From: Octopus sinensis
Taxonomy: Eukaryota
Assembly: GCF_006345805.1 (NCBI RefSeq)
Contig: NC_043006.1
Span: forward strand, 32,116,001 to 32,180,000
DNA length: 64,000 nt
Direction of reading: 5' to 3'
Below, in pieces: positions 56,666 through 64,000 of the stretch. Made by a program: the position numbers and the translations under genes. Numbering within the stretch: the stretch's first letter is position 1; each line of letters opens with the position of its first letter. A model generated the notes under the pieces. The model ran no database searches, was not told the origin of the DNA, and was given only the letters and a program-made list of their open reading frames with translations.

Positions 56666-56784
56666 TAAGGCTCTGTGCCTTCTGAGGTAAAACCCTCTTT
56701 CTTGTCACCAATGGTAAAAATCGAAACATCTGTCAGAATAACAGCACCAGCCATGAATATATATTCTTTTCGGCTACTATTGGC

Positions 56785-56955
56785 ATAGGGCCAATAATTT
56801 TGAAGATAGGGGGCAAGTCGATTACAAGGTCCCTAGTACTTAACAGGTATTTATTTTAACGACCCTATTCAAAATGATGAAACATAAAGTCGGCCTCAAC
56901 GGCATTTGAACTCGGGATGTAAACATACCGCTAAGCATTTTGCTTGATGTGCTAA
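56785..56955 (-). mobile_element. SINE family A, diverged
   Basis: gggggcaagtcgattac..aagtcggcctcaacggcatttgaactc..ccgctaagcattt. Confidence 0.75.
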
Positions 56956-58827
56956 GAGAAAGATAGTTTCCTTGGAATGTTGGCTACGACAAGATGTTAG
57001 AACAGTGAGTTTATATATCAGATTCAAGAGATATGATATTAAAATCGCAGTAATTGAAGCTTGCATTCAGTTAATGAATTTTAATAGAAAATGGACAGTT
57101 TATATTTCCAATTAGGAATATCAAAATCTACCAAATTAGTTATTTCACTTTTTAAAGCTGCTCTCGTGACTAACGTAGATGTTCCCTCATAGATATTGTA
57201 ATCGGTGACAAAGTCATCCGTTGTGTATATTTATTGGTTGATAGACACAAACGGGCAAGGAATCTGATTTACAATCTTCTTAACGATTAGGATTTAAGAG
57301 AAATTACTTTCCATGAATATTTTTGCCGCTAATCACTGGAAATACCTTGGATCGGATTTATTATCCAATCGAGGGATTGATTTTACTTGTTCTTTGACAT
57401 ATTTTTCAATACACACTTTGCTTTTGGCTATACTTCTGTCAGCTTTGAAAACCTGTAATCTATTGTTGATCTGATATGAAGAGGTCAAGCAACACTTCAA
57501 AAGAGGCTATTCTACAAAGAGCTGATACGTAATCCCATATGCTTTTCACATCCAGTTTGTAAATGGTACTCACTTCCCAGTAAAATATGATTCTGAGAGG
57601 CCCACTGGAGACCTCTGTTTTCAAACTTGGTTGCTCTTTCGGATCAATATAAGGGCTGACTGCAAGTGTTTCCCTTTCATTTTCTCCATTATATATATAT
57701 CCGTTTTCCTACAACCAGGCGAACAAAGAACTCTCTACGTAGTCACTCAACCAGATCGAAATATCAACCAAACTTCCTTCAAACCACCACATCGAACGTC
57801 TTAAAAAGGAAGCATAAAATTTAGTCCCCGATATATAAAATTCTGAAATAGTTCCTCTTAAAATCGTTTTTGATCTTAAATTTGCTTGGTCTGGGCTGAT
57901 TTGGAACTAAACAATCATGGCGAAGTGTATATATAAAAAATAAAAAGGAAGACAATCTGTTTGATAATTCTCTTTCCTTTTAAACAACATCCGTGAACCT
58001 CACTGCACTATTGACTCTTCGAAACACAAATATACAAATTACACATCTTATTCATATCTGAGACACAAACATCTCATCCCCTATCTCATCTTACCTATCT
58101 TTGTTGACCCAGCTCCCCTCTGTATTATTACGATTTTTTTCTGAACAGATAGACATAACCTTACTTTGTCATTAGAAATTAGGTGTACGCTATGGAGGAC
58201 CTTTCATGTTCTCAGAAGAAATCGTGTTTTCAATGATGCTTACACTTCACAAGGCGTAACCATTAATTTTCTTTAGCATAAACCTCATATCGATATAAAG
58301 ATTACACCATCGTCGACCTATGAATAGAATATGATACGACAACAACACGCTTTTAATGTCTTGTGCAGAAGCATACCAATTTGAATCACATTTGGATAAG
58401 AACTCAAACGCCAAATACTGGCGACGATGCACATCATATACAGCACACTACTTCTCACTAGTGAAAACGAGGCTTAGGGACGGCAGCAAGCTTTGAATTT
58501 GGAAGCAACACGAGAGTAAATACTACTTGGAATATATCCTGATCCTGCTATCACGGCCATCACAACTCAAAATGCATATAACTGTAATTAATTTATCGTA
58601 GAAAAGATTTTTTATACAGTCTACGGCTTTCGTTATGCTCAGATGCCATTTCATAAGAATTTAATAGTCCCTCATCTCCATTAATTTAGATCTGTAATAT
58701 TCTTATCGCTTCTCTGCCTAGTTAGTTCAGCTAAAATGGTGGAGTATGTTCGGAATGAGTTACTTGTTCTCCTGTCTATCTTTGTCATTAATCTTTCTTC
58801 AAAAATTTTTTAAAGGACACACGTATA

Positions 58828-58919
<92 letters not shown>

Positions 58920-59580
58920 ACAATAACAACATCAATTACAAAAACAATAACAACAACGACGACGACGGCAACAACAACAACAACAATAACAACAACAACA
59001 ACAACAACGAGTAAACGAAAACAAAATTCGTTCTGCTTTTTCTTTGAAGCAGAAATATTTATTTATTTTATTATTTTCTCTCATTTCGTGTTTCTTTTTT
59101 TTAGTATTTTTGCATTTTTTCCCCTTGAAGACACAATCAAATGTTTTGTATTACATTGTTGCTGTATTTCTTCTGTAGAGAGAAACTTAAAAAACGAGTT
59201 ATTATAAAAAAATATCAGAGGCAACCAGTTATCAGAGGCGGTGGAGCGCAAAACTGAATACATTACCATCTTTGCTTTCGTTTAGTTTAACTGCGAATCC
59301 AGTCAACTTTGCTTTTCTTCTTTCCGGGCTCGAAGAACTACCAATCACGCCCATGAATCGATTCAATACGAGGATGTCAAAAGCATTCATAAGTTGTTCC
59401 ACTGAATGTATACAGTGAATCGTAATCTAGTATTACCATGCACCTTTACATATTGCGGATTTCAAATCCCGCCTGGATTAGTTCTCATTTATCTAAAAAA
59501 AAAAAAAAAAAATACAGAAATTAATAAATACTAATGTAAGAAGATTTCGCTCGAATCAATTGTTTCAATATGAAAAAAAC

Positions 59581-59709
<129 letters not shown>

Positions 59710-59714
59710 TTTCT

Positions 59715-61072
59715 TTAAAAGGAGGGCTGGGCATGCCGTGGTTGATGATGCGCAGACACGCGCTGAGACTGCGACATCTCCGGCTCTATGTAGACGACGG
59801 TGAACAGGTGTGGTCGCCGTTTGTGAGGCACGCATTCCCGCAACTCGTCTCCATGACCGAACTACAGTCGTGGATCAAAAAGAGGCCGAAGAAGGGCGAA
59901 TGGCACCGCGAGTGTCGCGTTGCTCTCAAGCAACTCTGCCGTCCCGGGTCGACCTTGAGTGACTTCAACACAACCAAAGCATTCTATAGGGGATTAGTGG
60001 AGGGGAGGTACGACGACGAGCTCGGGGCAAACCTGGGCGTCGACGAGGAATACCTGACCCGCCTGTTTCAAACGACTTTCGGCCCGGGACCTATGGACAA
60101 CTTCCAGAGATCCCTGGCCTGGCGGTGCTACCGAGAAGCGCTACCCGTTCGGGATAAGCTCTATAGGCATGGCTCGAGAAACACGGGGCCGACCTGCCCG
60201 AGATGCGGGCAGAGCGACGAAACCGCTCTGCACGCAATCGTGCAGTGTCCAGCAATTTCCCACCTGTGGGCTTATGTCGAACGACTGCTGTCACGTGTGG
60301 GACGTGTCGGTTTATCAGCCGAGTCTATCGTTAATATCGTCACGCCTCCTTCCTTCAAACGGGAAGGAAGAGCTATTTTTATCATACTTGTGGCTATGGC
60401 GAAAGAATGTATCTGGTGGACGCGTCTGAAAGGATTAGAGACAAACACTTTCCTCTCTGGTCAATCTCTCATCAACTTCTTCAAGTATCACTTGAAGAAA
60501 AAAGTGAGAGTAGAGAGGCAAGTTTTGTCTAGTGAATGTTTTAAAAAAAGATGGGTGAATGTAGCAAGGATGGCACGTATGAATGACGAAGCCACCTTGA
60601 CTATGATTCTATGAACCGTAAAAATTAATACAGAGAGTTGCTTATTTGCAAAAAAAAAAAAAAAAAGAAATATAACATGTGACTTCATTGACCGAGGTTA
60701 CCGTGGTCTTTTCCGTAGGCTTTTCTTTCCACGGGTAAACCTCACCTGTCCCCCCCTTTACACTTCATATTGACATTTCTGTGATAACGATCCCTATTGA
60801 TCAATTTTTTTCATCTCCCCCTTTTTTTAACCCCCCCTTTTTTTGTCCTCTTTCTCTCCTTTTACGATCCCTTTTGATCGACCCCCCCTTTTTTATTTTA
60901 TTTTTATTTTATTTTATTTTTTTCTTATTTTTTATTTTTTTAAATTTTTATTATTTTTTTTTAATTTTTTTTTTTTATTTTTTAATTTTTTTTTTTTTTA
61001 AACCTTCAAAAGAAAAGCTCTACCTTGTAATTTGTTCTATCTGTGTGCAGCCCTGTGTGGCTAATAAAGAAA
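59715..61072 (+). mobile_element. Tx1-type LINE, 5'-truncated young copy
   Basis: Uninterrupted 293-aa ORF2 C-terminus (59733-60614) nearly identical to the 26 kb copy; preceded by (TCTA)n at 59583-59708; AATAAA at 61063. Confidence 0.93.
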
Positions 61073-61080
61073 CATATCTA

Positions 61081-61178
61081 TTTTCTTTTCGTGAAAGTTT
61101 CAAAAAAAGGTGGGTGAATGTAGCAAAGTTGGTACGTGCGAGCGACGAAATCACTTTGAGCATGATCCTGTAAATCGT

Positions 61179-61219
<41 letters not shown>

Positions 61220-61500
61220 ACTTTGCTCTCATGTGTTTATTTCCTCCCTGCCTGAGGTTACCTTGGACTTTACCGTAGGCTTTTCTTTCCACGAATAAAC
61301 CTAATCTTGTTTCTTGCTTTTTAAAAATTTCTTTCTGTGATACACGATCCCTTTTGATCACTTTTTTTCCCCGATCCCTTTTGATCGGAATTTTACATTT
61401 GTTCCCTTGTTTTCCTTTTTCTTTTCCATTTTCGAAAAGAAAAGCCCTACATTTGTATTTGTCCCCTCTGTGTTCAGCCTTGTGTGGCCAATAAAGAAAG
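61081..61500 (+). mobile_element. Tx1-type LINE 3' tip of a different subfamily
   Basis: FKKRWVNVAKLVRASDEITLSMIL* plus 3' UTR ending gtggccaataaagaaag, then (TCTA)n. Confidence 0.85.
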
Positions 61501-61560
<60 letters not shown>

Positions 61561-61561
61561 T

Positions 61562-61600
<39 letters not shown>

Positions 61601-61630
61601 TCTATCTATCTATCTATGTATGTATGTATG

Positions 61631-61673
<43 letters not shown>

Positions 61674-61769
61674 ATATCTATCTATCTATCTACCTACCTA
61701 CCTACCTATCAACATGCCTACCTACTTGTCTTTCTGTCTGTCTATCTCTACCTCTCTCTCCCCCTCTCT

Positions 61770-61831
<62 letters not shown>

Positions 61832-62299
61832 ATCTGTCTATCTTTCTATTTAATTCACATGCACATATAACGTTTTCTTGATTGTTGAACAAAATAAAGA
61901 ATCATCTCGTTCATATGTTGTCGACGTTTCATTGACAGAAATACACAACTATTTTGTCGTCACTGGTTCTGGTGTGTGACTACTTTGATCAAGACCCAGA
62001 ACTCAAGCAAGGGCCACAATGTGGAGTTCGTTTGTTGGAAATGGTTTCTGTGACCTTCAGCGACATGGAAAGAGAAATACCAGTAAGTAGCTTTGGTTGA
62101 TTTCTGTGGCTTAAATTTAATTCCCTCCATCATATTTCCGTTTCTGTATCAGGTCAAAAGACACTGGCGAATATGATGACTGTCCATATGTATTCCTTCA
62201 AATATACAAGTTCTGTTTGTTTGTGTGTGTATGTCTGTGTGTGTGCGTGTGTGTGTATGTGTGTCTTTCTTTTTTCTCTCTCTTTCTGCGTTTCTCGGT

Positions 62300-62342
62300 T
62301 TCTCTGTGTACTACTTTGTCTGCTTGTCTGCCTGCCTGCTTG

Positions 62343-62380
<38 letters not shown>

Positions 62381-62436
62381 TGTCTGTCTACCTGTCTGTC
62401 AGTCCGTCTCTCTCTCTTGTAGTTTTCAGCACCTCT

Positions 62437-62524
<88 letters not shown>

Positions 62525-62612
62525 TAATAATAATAATAATAATAATAAATAATAATAATAATAATAATAAATAATAATAATAATAATATAATAATAATAA
62601 TAATAATAATAA
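62300..62612. repeat. (CCTG)n(TCTG)n followed by a long (AAT)n
   Basis: Direct reading. Confidence 0.92.
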
Positions 62613-62792
62613 AGATTCAGACAGAATCGGGTACTTGAAAAGATATGCAGCAAGTAGATAGACCGCTGGTCACCGCCTTTTGTTGATAAGTATCAAATAG
62701 TATATTCCAGTTGTTTCATTCTATTTAAAAACACCTGTAATGAGCTGACAATTATCCATCGTCTGTTATTATTCATTTGCTTATATATATAT

Positions 62793-62830
<38 letters not shown>

Positions 62831-63569
62831 GAAAATAATAAGGGTAGAAAATTTAGAAAAATTTTCATACCGGTGGCTAGCATGCGTAATAATGTCAATA
62901 GTCAACTTATTTTCATATATAATAGTGTATAAACAATTTATGTATTTATACACAAAAGCGGTGACCTTTGACGGGACACCTTACATGCTAGAAAGGGCAG
63001 TCAAAGCTCAAACCATGAACAAAAGTAATTTCAAAGAGAATGAAAATAAAAAAAATATTTTTATAGTTAACCCCAAACTCGAGTTTCTGTATTAATGAAC
63101 AATAAATTAATCTGTCATCTGTACTTCATCAGTGGGGTCGCCAAAACTAATATATAACTATGTAGCTAAAACGTACAGAAAATACATGTGTGCTGCACAC
63201 GTATACATTATATTTTCAAATCTACCATGCAAGCACAGTTGCATTCGGCAGCAAATAATAATAAAATTAAAACTGTGTACCAGAAAGGCTTTGAAATTAT
63301 GAAAATTTTACTGTCAAAATAATAAGTGTAGAAAATTTAGAAAAATGTTCATACCGTTGACTAGCATGCGTAATAAAGTCAAGAAACAACTAATTACTTT
63401 AGGTGCCAAAGTTATCGTAAGCAGACACAGACCTCCGCTCGTTCTTCTCGTCCTTGATGCAACGGAATATTGCCGACATGACATCGTAGAGAAGAGAGGG
63501 TTGCAATGGTGCTCGATCGGCACTCATTTTATGAGTGTTGTATTTAAGTACACAGTACACAGGTTCTCC

Positions 63570-63865
63570 GTCAATTACGACGACGAATGTTCCAGCTGAT
63601 CCAATCAACAGAATAGCTCGTTAGTGAGATTAACGTACAAGTGGCTGAGTACTCCACATACACGCGTACCTTTAAAGTAGCTCTCAGAGAGATGCAGCGT
63701 GACATTGGACGTGACAAGGCTGGCCCCCTTTGAATTACAGGTACTACTCATTTTTGCCTACTGAGTGGACTGGAGTAACTTGAAATAGTGTCTTGCTCAA
63801 GGAATCGAATTCAAAATGTTACGATTGTGAGTCGAATTACTTGACCACTAAGCTACGCGTCTTCA
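63570..63865 (-). mobile_element. SINE group C
   Basis: Tail homologous to 19815-20005; CORE-like ctgagtggactggag..gtgtcttgctcaagg; tRNA-like head. Confidence 0.8.
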
Positions 63866-64000
63866 CACACACGATGCGGCATTCAACCAAGGATCGAACT
63901 CATGATAAAGTACCTTGGCAGTATTTGCCTTTAGAATATAAACAAACGTAAGAAATCCGGCAAAGGATTTTGTCCAAAGCTCCTGCCAAAATGGATACAT

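Noticed and set aside
58165-58432. Further minus-strand exons linked to 57574-57708
   Set aside because: A donor-like site exists at 58164, but all frames stop within 30 codons and the acceptors are weak.

Overview
AT-rich eukaryotic DNA packed with microsatellites and transposon remnants. The (TA)n/(TATG)n/(TCTA)n/(AAT)n density and the SINE families point to a cephalopod, probably Octopus (inference, no search run). No rRNA, tRNA gene or CRISPR array was seen. One host gene is supported: a + strand, three-exon, phase-consistent gene (48552-49799, 50414-50460, 55813-55993; about 491 aa) for a secreted protein with acidic repeats, a Gln-rich stretch and 12 Cys, which I do not recognise. The rest is mobile DNA: three groups of tRNA-headed SINEs, RTE and Ingi/Vingi-like LINE fragments, and Tc1/mariner relics. 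Most notable are (1) four 3' ends of a Tx1-type LINE, each followed by TCTA-type sequence and two also preceded by (TCTA)n; (2) R4/Dong-like 3' ends inside (AAT)n arrays, one nested in the Asn-coding linker of a Penelope-like element (PLE); (3) that PLE with inverted pLTRs carrying type I hammerhead ribozyme motifs; (4) several large fold-back structures. Repeat boundaries are estimated by eye.
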